Positions 40,001-52,500 of a stretch of 64,000 nt of DNA are shown here, piece by piece. The notes beneath the pieces are model-generated. The model worked only from the letters and a program-made list of their open reading frames with translations. It was not told the DNA's origin and searched no databases. Each line of letters starts with the position of its first letter. Position 1 is the first letter of the stretch. The stretch lies in the IMG/VR virus record IMGVR_UViG_3300020474_000001, positions 124,001 through 188,000 of that record; one strand, given 5' to 3'. The position numbers and the translations under genes were made by a program.

Positions 40001-41214
40001 AGCGTACTACCGGTGTTAAATGATAAAGACTGATTTTCTAAACTTTTTGTTACCCTTGGTTTTTGCACATCAATCATTACTGGAGATGTTGTCTCCACTT
40101 CATACCCACGAACATATGCCTTTCCTGTGGATATCTTATATACAGATAAATTATCAGAAGGTATTCCTCCACTAGGAGTGAATTGTGATTCTGTGAATAG
40201 TCCTTTATTTCCTACTCTATCATTTAATGAATTTTCTAAAGAAACCTCAAATGGTTTTATATAATAACTTCCCGAATCAGAAAAACTTCTATCGGATAAA
40301 CTATCAGATATATTCTTTTTTAAATTTGAGTTGGAAGAAGAACTTTTATTTGCCTTTAGAACTCCATCTTCAATTATTGCTAACTCAATAAAATTTGTAT
40401 CGTCTAGATCACTTAATGGTTTCTTAAACAAACTTACAGATAATTTTAATCTATCTGCACCAGGTGCAGAATAGTTATTATATCCCTGAGAATTATCGTT
40501 TAGAGATTCGTCTATATCTGCCGTTATAACTTCCTCACTAATAAACAATCCAACTCTATAGTTTGGAGTGTTTGTATATTGGTCTAGAATTAAATATTCT
40601 TTTTCAACTTCAACAAAGTTTCCTCTTATAAAATATACTCCACTATCAATTTGAAATACAGAACCAGTTGCAGCAGAATCCTCAGAAAAAGTTGTTGCAA
40701 ATGGAGTTCCTTCTTGAATAAATGGATTGCCAATAAGAGTTGATGCAATCAGTTTATTGCAAACCAATTCCTCACCATCTAAAAAGGTTTGCGTCGTATT
40801 GTTTTGAGTGCTTGAGCTGAGATAATTTATATAAAGAGTTATATTGCCCACCTCTGATTCTTCTTGAGGAAGAACAAAATCCACATAAGCAGATACTCCA
40901 GATGTTTGACCAGTAATTTTCGTACCAACAAGTTGGTCTGCATATGCAGAAACTGGTATCCCCAAGTGAGTATTATTTAATTGCACACAGTAATATAATT
41001 GAGAATATCCTGTATTCCCCGGAATTACTTTAGATCCCTCTTTGAAAAAATGTTGGCCAAATTTTTCAATCTGATCTTGAAGTATTGTTTGTAGAGTTGT
41101 TAACTCTCTAGCCTGTACCGGATAACCCGGTTTAAATAATACTCGATGATAATCATTATTTGAATCAAAATCATCAAAGTACGGCTCTACGTTTAGATTA
41201 GTTTGCTGTGGCAT
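34033..41214 (-). CDS. Large virion structural protein (DUF4815/VrlC-like)
   Basis: N-terminal PYFDDFD...YHRVLFKPGYPVQARELTTLQ, RFKSGFFVDDF, DPLAQSF, C-terminal PKIKNLKVIALA. Confidence 0.88.
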   Translation of the reverse strand: MPQQTNLNVEPYFDDFDSNNDYHRVLFKPGYPVQARELTTLQTILQDQIEKFGQHFFKEGSKVIPGNTGYSQLYYCVQLNNTHLGIPVSAYADQLVGTKITGQTSGVSAYVDFVLPQEESEVGNITLYINYLSSSTQNNTTQTFLDGEELVCNKLIASTLIGNPFIQEGTPFATTFSEDSAATGSVFQIDSGVYFIRGNFVEVEKEYLILDQYTNTPNYRVGLFISEEVITADIDESLNDNSQGYNNYSAPGADRLKLSVSLFKKPLSDLDDTNFIELAIIEDGVLKANKSSSSNSNLKKNISDSLSDRSFSDSGSYYIKPFEVSLENSLNDRVGNKGLFTESQFTPSGGIPSDNLSVYKISTGKAYVRGYEVETTSPVMIDVQKPRVTKSLENQSLSFNTGSTLSVNRLYGAPNIGIGTSYYVSLRSDRVGAASTTLSGDEIGVARVYDFKLKSNYNSNKDINEWSISLYDLNIFSTLTLNSAVTLSTPTFIKGKNSGATAFLKNSVTDSTSITVYDKKGTFVENETLSFDGLESSREIVSIDNFGVSNVKSIFSTDENGDVDFSCDTIQSPKVIGKASITAESSGTSTITSSEEGFPKNIYVNDLLQYTISSQKRAAKVTQVLENSIEISSITSVTGVFDGSLPTSNIDVVDLSILKTNLDKSSDKSLFTKLPKTNISNINLNNSNISIRKKFIVNIANNRITTNTTPNADIGEEFMQFSPSRYSLIRSDGSIEELDFSKVQLAIDSKSLTIVNLGADDTGATLMASLKKSSPSAKEKINNKVSSIIINNSKLLSSGVGSTTLNDGLDYGTNGYAFGTRVQDEIISLNTPDVISIHGIFESTDVEDPSSPKLFLSTINSSSSTTSEFIIGERIVGQISGAVAILSEKNAAEEISILYKNENKFKVGESIVLEQSEHSASIISIESPSFDITSNYTFSSGQKNTFYDYSTITRKSDVEEPTRKLKVYFSHASYDSTDGGDITTVNSYSNFDYSSEISSIGEIRNTDIIDIRPRVSNFTQVEDRSPLEFMGRRFLQQGNTSKNILASGEPIDLDFSYHRGRIDSIFLTKSGRFQVKYGVPSDIPEKPDQVDGTLEIATINLPPYLYDTKDASILTSENKRYTMKDVKHISDRLSKLEKETKLSLLETSTANMFIGDQNSSDRFKSGFFVDDFATTKSQDTSVYINNSIDESNNELRPKHYTTSIGMILGPVDQIAPGDDLYFSNAEGVNIQRSDNLITLDYSEIECLSQTFATRTENVTPFTVSFWQGMLDLKPRSDDWIDVRKDKEVDMQVGFEPTVWNSWQKNWIGMDNSNIDGISIQGKVLNKIDLKSKSTNIHFESKNVKPNTRMYAFFDGKEVTNYCIPKLLEISMIEGVFQSGETVEGKVIANGLDQKTRETSCIIFRLAQLNHKEGPYNSPVKVYDENPYNNTQLPEIYSATSTVLNVDTLSLSSESESSYYGLVEVGMTLSGRDSGAQAVVTNIRLLSDSASCLLGSFYIPDSTRVSNPNFESGEKTFTLTSSESNDTNDVISRAERTFTSSGIIETVNDNIVSVRSPLVQERPEFELSSVRDAIDTELVSGSSTSSSQEKTIAWYDPLAQSFKVEDETGIFITRCDIFFRTKDANSIPVEMQIRPMKSGVPSEKIIPGTRVAINPEDVQTSADGSIATSFEFKSPVYLEGGNSEYAICLKSNSTKYSVFVSKIGEFDIISDSYISNHSYLGPLFKSQNTSDWEANSSENLKFTMYRADFLDSGTVEFYNSQLSAQNCQIAKLMPDSLSFKAKKIRAGLSTAVGSSADMDSYALSPGVVYYQDKTNAAATLVGTAATATGTLSITDAGSGYDASATAFDDINLTTITGNGRGAKADVTLSAGEITGATISDGGSGYNVGDVLGITTTGSGSGARLTIATVGETSELIFDNVQGDFVINQSDNKLQYKRLTGVSSDMKDNSEGPVYINNIVTDSDGLHIKINHQNHGMHSSDNRVEIFGVSSDVRPTKLTLAYDSESTSPISIDDTSEFSTFENVGVGTTNIGFLLIEDEIIEYNQVSDTQVGGILRGVNNTLSKSYPSGTPVYKYEINGVNLLRVNKIHNFSDVEVDDPITFDSYHIKLNTEEVFNQNNDDRSNDAGFQKLHANKTKTCGGYLSKATQNIPFEIVTPNIHNLSIEGTSISAQLRTTTGQSQSGDEVPFINTGFEEISINKPNYLKSPRIICSKVNEDNKLSANIGNKSSNLRLFLSTTNSKLTPIIDSERVSMILTSNRINNIIEDYAEDGRVNKIFTDPTACQYISKEMNIDNPATGLKIILDADLMEENDIRAFYAISDSEGFEPTFVPFSGYDDLNGGKSDEIISKSSEYSEYTFTADSLSSFISYRVKIIMTSKNQVQVPKIKNLKVIALA

Positions 41215-41220
41215 AACTCT

Positions 41221-42774
41221 TTAGAATTGCAAAATTACCTTTATGTCTTCTTTTTGATTTTGTGATCTAGTAATAGATGGTCGATTATCTACATAGATGA
41301 TATTTCCAGAATATTTTTTCACCTCTGGAGATGACAAACCATTAAAAAATTCTTGGCCAAGGTAATAGGTTCTATTATTTATTGACGTTGAAACACCGGA
41401 AAAACTGGGATCTATTTCCAAATTCTGACCAGAAGATGGAGTAATAGTTAAACTTCCACCAGACTCTGGAAGACTTGTGAACTCTAATGACTCAAACCCA
41501 AATTCTGGATTTACTACAGGATCTCCAGATGTAGTAAATCCAGAGGATGTTCTATCCTGCCAATATTTTAAAACTCCAGTAACTTGATCATAATTAATTA
41601 CTTTACCAACAGCGGTTAAACCAGTCCCAACTGTTTGAGTTACAATAGAATCTGATGCAAAAGATGCAGAACTATAACCAATACCTGTAAGCTTAAGTGC
41701 ATATACAGCACTTGCCTTATCCAAACTCAATATAGAATTATCAGTCTGCTTTGGATTTTCTACAATTCCTACTCTAGCTATTTGATTTCCAGTTACAAAA
41801 TCTGGGTTTGACGAATCATTATCAATTCTAGAATATAAGAGTACATTATACGCTCCAAGTTCTCTGTAAATATCTGCACCATGTCCTCCTTGTGGAGACA
41901 TGATTACATCAAACTCTGGATTGACTGTTCCCTCAGGTACTAGTCCTGCAGTTAAATCAACAGTTCCAAAAGTATAATTTGATCCCTGATTTGAAATAGT
42001 TATAGATTCTACCCTTCTATCATTATTTGTAATGATAGTACACTCAGCACCTTCTCCGTCACCTTTAATTGGAACTCTAGTATACTCCGTTCCACCTATA
42101 GGACCAACACCTTCTCCACGATTTAAAATAACAGATGTTTTTATTGAACCATCAATGGCGTTATCTCTAACGGATGCATTATCTGTACTCGTACTCCAAT
42201 CATCAGGAACTGGGATAAAATCTGTAGACTCGAATTTAATAATATCATTTGGTTTAATACTATAAAGATATTTCCAAATATAACCATCACCACTACTTCC
42301 AGCAGCTCTTGGTTCTAAATCCTTAAACAATGGTTCATCTAATGATGGTTTTCCATTTAGATTGTCTGGACTTGTTCCATTTTGCAAACAAATATAAACA
42401 CTATATTCACTGTTTATAATATAAAAAGATGATGTGTATAAGTTAGTTGCACCAGAAATTTTAGCAGTATTTGATCTACTATAATCATGCCTGTACATGT
42501 CATAAGTTGTTCCAGAATTCCACAGTCTTCTTATAACAACCTGCCTCACATCTGAAGAGTTTATTTTCTTCAAAGCAATCATAGTATCCCAATAATTGTT
42601 TTCTTCATCAAAACTATCTTTTGGTGAAGGTGGGCTTACATTCCAGTCTGACTGAAAATCAGTAGCATTTGGAAGACCAATAAATGAATAATATGAATTA
42701 TCTGAAGACTTTACTTCGTTTACAAAATTCTTTGCATTTAAAATTCTAATTTGATCTGTAATTATTGCAGCCAT
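41221..42774 (-). CDS. g8: Baseplate wedge subunit gp8
   Basis: VYICLQNG, DGYIWKYLYSI, GHGADIYRELG, YSGNIIYVDNR...QKEDIKVILQF. Confidence 0.9.
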   Translation of the reverse strand: MAAIITDQIRILNAKNFVNEVKSSDNSYYSFIGLPNATDFQSDWNVSPPSPKDSFDEENNYWDTMIALKKINSSDVRQVVIRRLWNSGTTYDMYRHDYSRSNTAKISGATNLYTSSFYIINSEYSVYICLQNGTSPDNLNGKPSLDEPLFKDLEPRAAGSSGDGYIWKYLYSIKPNDIIKFESTDFIPVPDDWSTSTDNASVRDNAIDGSIKTSVILNRGEGVGPIGGTEYTRVPIKGDGEGAECTIITNNDRRVESITISNQGSNYTFGTVDLTAGLVPEGTVNPEFDVIMSPQGGHGADIYRELGAYNVLLYSRIDNDSSNPDFVTGNQIARVGIVENPKQTDNSILSLDKASAVYALKLTGIGYSSASFASDSIVTQTVGTGLTAVGKVINYDQVTGVLKYWQDRTSSGFTTSGDPVVNPEFGFESLEFTSLPESGGSLTITPSSGQNLEIDPSFSGVSTSINNRTYYLGQEFFNGLSSPEVKKYSGNIIYVDNRPSITRSQNQKEDIKVILQF

Positions 42775-42820
42775 TAGACAAAGTTTTTTATTTATTTATT
42801 ATACTAATCGACTGGTTTTT

Positions 42821-43519
42821 TTAGAAGGTATACTTAAAGTAGTCGATGTCTTTTTCAAAAAGTTTTGCCACAACTTTTTTATTGTAGTCAGAGTAAACTT
42901 CTTTGTATTTATCTGCCTTGTTTACTCTATTCAAATACTGGTTTTTAATACATATCTTCCCGTCAGTCTCTTCCTTAATTCTGGTTATAGCCCTATCTAT
43001 CTCTTCTACCTTATAAATGTAATCGGCAATTATATTGCCTTCACGATCCTCAAACCAATCTAACTGACACTTTGTTTTCAATGGATGTATGCAAGTATCA
43101 CTAGAAAAACTGAGTCTATCTATGAACATAGAAAATGTCATTTCATCCCGACAACCTACTCCTTCTCTGCGAGTGTATAAAGAATATACTCTTGCCCAAG
43201 GATTTCTCACTGATCCAAATTTATACATCTCGTCGAATATTTTCTGCGAAGCTATCCGAAGGTCTTCATCTGATGGGTGAAAATCTGATGTTGGGTGACT
43301 TGAATTTGTACCAAGATTGCATCTAAGGAGATATGGATATATTATATCCCTGAGTTGATTTAAAGTTAGATGTGGATTTGGTATAAAATTTTTGCCATTA
43401 CTTGCCAATTGGTCTCTAATTGATGTTGTACCTGTTTTAGGGATCGCTACAAAAATACAATTCAAGTGTATATTGATTGCTTCATTTATACTATTGAATT
43501 CTTTACAAAAAAACTTCAT
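42821..43519 (-). CDS. PAPS-dependent sulfotransferase family protein
   Basis: 5'-PSB loop FVAIPKTGTTSIR and 3'-PB motif SVRNPWARVYSLY. Confidence 0.85.
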   Translation of the reverse strand: MKFFCKEFNSINEAINIHLNCIFVAIPKTGTTSIRDQLASNGKNFIPNPHLTLNQLRDIIYPYLLRCNLGTNSSHPTSDFHPSDEDLRIASQKIFDEMYKFGSVRNPWARVYSLYTRREGVGCRDEMTFSMFIDRLSFSSDTCIHPLKTKCQLDWFEDREGNIIADYIYKVEEIDRAITRIKEETDGKICIKNQYLNRVNKADKYKEVYSDYNKKVVAKLFEKDIDYFKYTF

Positions 43520-43539
43520 AATACAATATTTATTAATAT

Positions 43540-46500
43540 TTATTGCAAATAATTAATATATTGTAGAGGGATAGATCTTCTTATTACTGTAGATGAAGAT
43601 ATGCCAACATATCCATTTAAGGATGATGGATCATATGTGTTCTGTTTTGTTCTTTCTTTCAAAATAATTTTACCCCAACTAAAAGACCCCAGATATCCTG
43701 AAGAAACTAAATCACCTGAATATACTGTTGGTGCCGTAGTACTATCAAAGCGATTTATTCTGCAAGAAACTCTTTTAAGTGTAGTTTGGACACCATCAAT
43801 ATTTCTAGAAATTATTTCAGCATCTTCTACAAAAAATGTAGAATCGATAAAGCTTGTAGTCATACCAACTATATTAAAGTTAGTATCATATGAGATCAAA
43901 GGAACTAAACTTGATTCTGGAGTTATTAATGATGAACTTATTGTAAAATAATCCCCCGAAGATAATTGACTGACAGTAACTGCTGTTCCAACTAAAGACT
44001 CATCTCTCATAATAGAATCATCCGGTATCTGTAAATCAAATATCATTCTATTATGGGGATCAGTTGTTACGGCGAACCCAACAACAACACCAAAATCTCC
44101 AGAATATTGTTCAACCTTACAATTCTCAGTTTTTACTTCAGTTTGTGACAGAAGAGTTATTTCATTTTGGAACGATGTGTCTTTATCATTCTCACTGACG
44201 TTGTCAAATGCAGGTCTCAGCGTATCAGCATAAATTATAGTTTGACCAACACCAACAGGATTTATTAAATATGATACTGGGTTTATAGAAGGTTCATAAA
44301 GTTCTCTATCTTTACCAACCTCTTGATCATTAATTATTTTATCTTCAGTTTGTTTGGTCCATATTACTGGTCTTAATAAATCTTCATTACTGACGTTTCC
44401 TGGTCCAAAATATGCATTGGTGTTAATAATATTTGTTGACTCTACACTTTCAGCAATTCTTGTATCTTCCTTTAGGTGAGAATTTTGACCAACAGATGGA
44501 TCGTTTATTATTTGAATCTCATCTCCTCTTTTAACCGTTTCAATAATATTTCTCTTTATAACATCAATATTCCCACTTCCTCTGTAGAATAAAATCTCTA
44601 CAGTATCTCCAAGTTCTAGAGGCTCTGTAAATGTTATGAGACTTCCTCCAGAGAATATATATCCTTCTCCAGGTATTTGCAGGATATTATTTACAAATAC
44701 AATCAATACATTCTGAACATCAACACTCGATCCTTCACCAGATATAATTGATTGTGATATATTGGATTTTGTTAATGGGAAAATTTTTCTAGTTCCGTCA
44801 ATAAACTTTTCAATATTATCCAACAATACCAATTCCCCCAATGACCATGCACTAAACTTATCTGTGACAGTTCTATCTACTGTTATGATAAATTCTTGGA
44901 ATCCTGTTGTAGTAGGTATGCCAACAGAAGATCCAGATGGCAATGTCAATACTTCACCAATTTCATATCCATATCCAGAATTTGTTAAAGTAAAATCAAT
45001 TACCTTAGAATCATTTCCAACAATAATATCAGCAACTGCACCTGTCCCTATACCAGATCCAGAAGATGTTGAAGAGTATACTAATGGAATATTGTTATAA
45101 CTCAATGGAGCATCTACAATAATTTTTGGTGGAGTTGTGGAAGTGTAACCACTACCTGGATTAGTAACAACATAATCAGTTACATGTCCATCTAATACGT
45201 TTGCACTTCCAACTACTTCAATATCATTAAAGTCATTATATACAGATACATTGACTGTTTGTATTCCAGATCTGTAACCAGATCCAGTATTTCCAACAGA
45301 AATAGATTCTATTGTTCCATCAGAAGCAATTCCAGCAGAACCTCCAGCAGTAACTAATGGTTGATAACCAAATCCCTGTGATGAACCAACAGAAATTATA
45401 GATCCACCTCTTGGAATTGATATCGTATTGTCTCCAGAATCGTCAAATGTGATCGTAGATATTCCCAAATTTTGATCGAGACTGTAGTTTACAGAATCTG
45501 GATATTGGAATATATCATTAATTAGAAGAATTGGATTGGGAATATCACTTACATTAGACGAATCATGTTTTAAAGTGAACTGGTTGTTTATAGTATTGAA
45601 TTGATGTGAGATATCATCAAATACATAATTCTTATTATATGTTTCCTCAGAGGTATTTGGAATTCCAGATCTTAAGAATACTCTACCATTGAAATTTGAA
45701 CTTGTAGATATTCCTGTCCAATCTCTATCTTCTGGATCATTTGTTGGAGAACCTATGGGAACTCTTCCATATGGAGCTTCGGCAAAGTTAATCTTATTAT
45801 CAACAATATTATAATTTCCACCCACTTTCCTTATATCTGCACCAGATGTATGTGAATAAATTCCAGTACCTAATTGAGATCTTCTAACGCGAATAGCATT
45901 TGTTGTTCCGACCCCAATACTGTCAACCAACATAACCTCATCATTTATTTGAATCAATTCTCCTCCAAATAATCCACTTACATCATTTACAAGGACTTTA
46001 TCATCAGTTATAAGTATATCTCTTACACTAGTTTTATTCAATGTTGTTGAGAATATTGGCGATTGAATAACGTTATCAATTGTAACTAAAACTTTAGAAT
46101 TTTGGTTATTAGATGTTAATTTATGGTCAGAACCAATACCCACGTTTGCGAATCTAATAAACTCTGGAGTTCCTTTTAACGCATTCTCTGGGGTAGAAGC
46201 TAATTTTATAACATTATTTGTGACTTTAATTGCAAATACACTAGATGGCAATCTATTAGTCACACCAATACCAACAAAATCTGTTGGTTCAATTTCTATA
46301 GACTCAAATACACTATTACTTTCTCCTGAAGCATTTGAATTATATGTTAGTGATTCTCCAGTAACAAAGAAATGATTTTGCAAGTTTATACTGTGATTAG
46401 ATACATCGACTACAGATGAATCTTCCCCACTGAATATATTCTCAAAAATAGGAGATCCTCCATTTGTCATATCAAATGATTTTTTGATGTCAGCGTGAGT

Positions 46501-49500
46501 TCCTTCATAAGATCCAGAAAAACTGCTAACCAATCCATCAATTGCATCCAAGTTAGTTTTGCTCTCATCTGAGATGTTTATCGCAGTCATGAAAACATTT
46601 GCATGAACATCAATATTTTGAATTGGTGTAAAAATTAATTGAGTTTTGTAAGAAGTGTCAAATATTATTCTAGAACTTATTGTCCCAACAGTTTCTCCAT
46701 TAGATATGATTCCATATTGAGTTTGATATGTGTCATATGTTGGTACTTCCTCTTGATAGGTATCAACTAGTATTATTTCGGAAAATTCTACAGTATTATT
46801 TGTAGTATCTGAAATCTGAACTATGAAATATGCCGCATCATATCCATCTGAAGATTGATACTCAGCAATAACTTCTGGTTGTGGAGATGCAGATGCTGCT
46901 ATTGATGTTGTTTTTGATTCTACTCTACCGAACTTCAAATCTGAAAATCCATTATCAGTTGAGCTAAAATCTTTTAATGCAATTACAAGAGAATTGGCAA
47001 CACCAGAATTTATAGTAATATTTTGATTTGGTGTAAAATCTATTTTTATTTTAGAATCTTCAGTATACGCACGATATGTCCCAAATCCAACAGAACTAGT
47101 TACCTGAAGATCTGTTGATATCTTTGTGCTTTCTAAAATATGAATATCTGAACCTATCTTGACGATATTCATTTCAGTAACTTCAAATTCTTGATTTTCG
47201 CTTGGATCTGGATCAATTTCCACAAGAATTTTAAATGAAGTATAGGTGTCATCTATTTCAAAGATGGTAGTTGTTTCTTCTTCTTCAATACTCTCTGTAG
47301 AAGTCGTCAATAATGCTCCACCTATCTCACCAGTACCTGTTGATTGAAGTGTTTCATCTAAATTGAAAGAAACTGCTGTTATATCGTAATTGTTTATCTC
47401 AGTTTTGTTTGGATAAAATAGCAAAAGTCCCCTATCACCGAAAACTGAATAATCAAAAGATCCCAAATCGTATGCGGTTTCAACTCTTGCATATTGATTC
47501 ATATATGCATCGGAACCATCATGCAAAAGGTCTACGACCATCAATTGCCTCTGCTGTGTGAATCTTTTATCTTTTACATATGTTAAATATTTTCCAAATC
47601 TTCTTTCTGAAAATACAAATGGTGCTATCTCACTAAACTCATCTGCTCTTGGATTGCTATTAAATTCTTCAGATATATTGTCAATTTCTAATACTCTATT
47701 TCCAACTGATTCAAAATAATCTCCTAAGATTTTACTATTAAATACTATCTTCGTAGAAGCACCGTCTATATTATTTTCAGATGCCAAATCAAAGTCAAAT
47801 ACAGAATTCAAATTACATTTGCCAATTAAATTATTAATTTGCTCAAATGTTCCTGTAGATAGACCGACAATCATAGAGTTTGGGTTTTCTACAAAAGACT
47901 CCAATTGATAATCTGAGAATTTCTTAAATCCTGTCGTATGTGCTAGAGGAGATACATCATCATTCCAAGTATCATAATCTACTCTTGATCTAACAGAGTA
48001 TGAAAACTTTTGGTAGTAGTCACTATCTTGAATTTTTTGCAGATTATTGTTTAAAAATCCAGATTCCGTTTTCGAGCTTGTTTTAACACTTAAAGAAGAG
48101 TTTAAAGGCAAATATGGACTTATTCTAATAGACTCTGTAACTATCCCTTCAGCTTTGGATGAAATTCCTTTAACTGAAGATCCAACCTCATAATCATCAC
48201 TTGATGATATGTGCATAACACCAGTTTCCGAGTCCCAATACTCAATAGTTCCAGAGTGATCTTTTCCTCTTATATTTTCATGTAATTTATAGGTTTCTTT
48301 TGTTAAAAAATCACTTTTCCTAAGTGTAGTTGAAAATACTGGAAAATATGACTCTGGTATTAATTTTCCAAAAGATCTAGTATCATCAAATTGTCCAATA
48401 GTATCGCCAATTTCTATAAGATCGGATATATTGTATGTTACTGATCCGTATAAACTAGATCCAATATTTTCTACTGTAGATATTGCTTCAAATAAAGTAT
48501 AATTGTAATCTTTGGAATTGAATCCACGTCCAGAAGTTTTATTGATTACATTTTCTATTAAAAATCTATCTCCAACTTTTACTGGAAAAGATTCGGTGTC
48601 ACTATACTGAACATTTAAAGAAACTGTAACATCATTAGTTGCTTCATTATATGATATTGTACTAATTCCGACTCCATTGCTATTTTGGGTGGGAATTATT
48701 ATTGGTTCAGAATTGCTAAGTCTGGTTGTATTTTTTAATACCTCTATAGAAGAATTTTCCAAGTCATAATTTAAATCTAAGTCATCAATAACTTCATTTC
48801 TGGTGGAATCTTTAACGATCAACTTAGGGGCAACTAAATAAGGTTTTCCATTTGATGAAATTGATATTGAGTCGATAGTGTATAGTGGATCAACCTTTAA
48901 TATTTGAGTTAAACATGCAGTTGGTCTAAGAGTCTCGTCAGAAGGATAACTTTTCTTTACACTTGAAATCCTTACACTATTAACTTTTCCTATAGAATTA
49001 CTTAATGGTTCTAAAACAGCATTTTCACCAAGCTGACTATCTATTGATGAAATTTTAGGAAGTTTTCTATAATTTTTCCCTTTGTTAGATACAAAAATTT
49101 TAGAAATTGGTCCAGAAGCTGTTAATGACGTTGTCGCATAGTTTATATCAGAAATATCTGGATCATAACTTTCACTTTCTACAATTTTTTTAGTATTAAA
49201 TTTAAATGATTTTTCTGACAATACCTCTATATTATAAACTCCATTATAATTACTATCCTTAACAATTATCGAAGAAGAATCTAATAATTCGTCGTCTACA
49301 AAAAGTTCAAGTTTGGATTCTGGAGGAATATTCTCAATTATTGGGTCAAGTCTATAATATAAAAATTTAGGTGTTTCATCGCTTATTGACAATGTCACTT
49401 TGGCATCAGAATCTATTCCTGGTCTTCCTACTCTATTTGCATTCAAAATAGATTCTTGCCAAATCATTTCATAATCCCTATCAAGATAGAAATTCAGTTC

Positions 49501-52500
49501 AAATGCAGAATATCTTACAGATTGTCTTAAATATGAAAGAGATGGATCTGACATATCAAATATTAATGTAGAATCTTTGTAAATACTTAATTTTGGATTT
49601 ACAGATCCAATCTCGCCAGAAGAAGATGTTAAAATACTTACGATTTTGTGAGATAGTGAATTGTTGTAAGTATCTGATAATTTTATAGTATCACTATCAA
49701 CAAATACTACATAATAAATCTGGTTATTCAACAATCCATCAGAAGGATTTGATGAAGTGTATATGATCTTATCCCCTGTGAATAATCCATGATTTGAAAT
49801 TGTAATCGAACTCATCTGAGTGTCTACATCTCCTTGATCGAATGACTTTTTATCTAAGATCATTCTTCTAGTATCATCATTATATGAAATAATATGTGTA
49901 AATGATTCTTTTGGATTTACAGAAAGAACAATCCCATCTTCTGCTGATAACTCGTGATTTTCTACAGTATTAATATAGATTTCATTTTTTGAGATATTTC
50001 CGATCAAATTATCATATGTTGTCTCAAAACTGTGGTAAATCCCAGTCCCAACATCATTGAAAAATAGCGTTCTAGACGCTTCAGAATCGCTTGTAATGCC
50101 CACAAAAGAACCTTCAGATCCTATCCCTACCTTAACGGTAGATATGCCGATTAGATCCTCAGAAATTCTAGCAACATAGAGATTTTGGTTGTTGCTTAAA
50201 GTAAATCCAATACCGACATTTTCTTCTGATACGATAATACCTGTACCAGAATTTATTTTATACTTAACTAGATCTCCAGTTCTTAATCCATGATCTTTAA
50301 GATATATTGATTTAGTTGGGATATACAAAGAACCATCATCAGTGCTAATCGTCGTGCCGATTCCAATACCAGAAATAGTTCCAATTCCAATCGATTGAAC
50401 TGGATTGAAATATATTTCTTTATTCTGCTGGCTTATATAATTTTCCTTAGATTTGATTTTTAATCTTCTGGGAATTTCAGATAATCTGGAAAATATTGTA
50501 TGGGAATCTCCAGATGTCCCATCAAATTCTCTTAAGACCCTAATATAAGATTGAGTCTTATTGATATTCAATACCTTTACTTTTTCCGAGTCAATTTGGT
50601 AAATATCATTTTCTTTCACTTCAGATAATGCATTGTTTCCCAATACTTTAAAGATTGTGACAATACCAGTCTGACCAGAATCTTGAATAGATTCAGATAT
50701 TCTTAAATTTATTGGATTTACACTTGCAATATATGTTCCTTCAAGATTAAAATTTGAAGAAATTCCAGAAATATTAATTATATCATTATTTCCCAAATCA
50801 TGTGGTGTATTGGAAGTTATGAGGTATGTATCTTTTTGATTTAAAGATGATACTTCAACATTATCGGATTGAACTGTTTCAAATCTTATGGATTCTACAG
50901 ATTTTCCTTTAACATGAGAAACTCTTCCTGATGCATTTGATCCACCACTATCAACATCATTAAATAATACTCTATCATTAACCTTATAATAGTCTCCAGG
51001 ATTTTTTACAATAATAGAATCGAGTTCTCCCGGTTTAATAGATTCTATTACCAGTCTTTGTGAATTATCACTTGGTACATCAAGATAATCGTAATTCTTT
51101 CCAGAATTACTTAAATTGTACGGTTTTGTATTTCTAGCCCAACTCTTATTAAAATTGAAATGGTTCTGATTTGAATTTCTTTCGAAGTTGAATTTTATTG
51201 GACTACTTTGATAGAAGTTTCCAATCAAATATGGGAATTCTGGTTTTTTGTATTTAATAAATGGTCCAGAAGATTCTACCGTAGTTGGATTTAGTGTTGC
51301 AAAGTAGGCATAAGTCCCATTTGGGAAATCTGGAGTTATACAAAATCTTCCATTATTTGGATCTAGAATATCTTCGCTACTTGAGTTTACATAATCATAG
51401 TCTTCTACAAAAAATCCTTCTGGAAATATAGATGTTGGTGGTCTCCCCTGTTTTATATTCAGTTTATATCCAGATTTCATTTGAGTGATACTACCTCTAC
51501 CATCTTTTTTGGAATATGCATATGGTCCATAAATTGGATTGCCATCATATGCCCAACCAATGATTGGAGAGTGATTTATTGAAGATACTTCAATATTATT
51601 TGATTTCCTTAAATCTTTTTTCCCATATAATTTTTCTCCGTTAGAATCTATAGAATGTATAGTCTCCCTCAGACCTCTTGGAGCATATATGTAAGAAGAT
51701 TGCAGACCTTTACTGGAATCAACTCCATTAGAAAGAACAGTATCGTCAAATTCTACATTTGATATATTTTTTTCAAAAAGGTTGACACTCCAGGATTTTA
51801 CTATTGGATTTAAATTTGCATCCTGTCCCGAAGGTTCAATATTTACAAAAGTTTCTTGAGTAAATCCAAATCCACCACTTATTACATTAATATCTCGTAA
51901 AAATCCGTTCTCAATTATAGGAGTTAAAACTGCACCTGTACCATTACCTATAATTATCAAATCTGGTGGAGAGGTATACCCACTACCCTGATTCAATATG
52001 ACTACATCTACAATTTCTCCGTTGTTTACTACTGTTTTTGCTTGAGCATTGACACCAAAGTTAAATTCAACAATTGGATCTCTATTATAATTGATTATCT
52101 CAGAAGATCCATATCCAACACCTCCAGAAGATACATGTACTCCTGAAATTTCTCCTCTGAAAATAGGTTGAACAACAACTTCAAATGTTTCTCCACCAAT
52201 AGAAGAAATACCAACTTTACTTATGATGTCTACTCTAATTTTTTGGTAATTAAATATGCTAATGCCACTGCCTTTTGAACTCAGATTTACATACTTTCCT
52301 TCAATGTAGTTTTTCTGTTCATCATCACTTTCACTAACTTCAGATAACTTAAACTCGTCATCATTTAACTTTTTCACGTAATATTCTTTACTTAATTCCA
52401 ATCCACCAATAGTACTTCCAGTTGATGAAACATATTCTACTATTTCCCCAGATTCATATCCATGATTTTGGAGGGTAATGCATTTTTTCTGTAAATTTAC

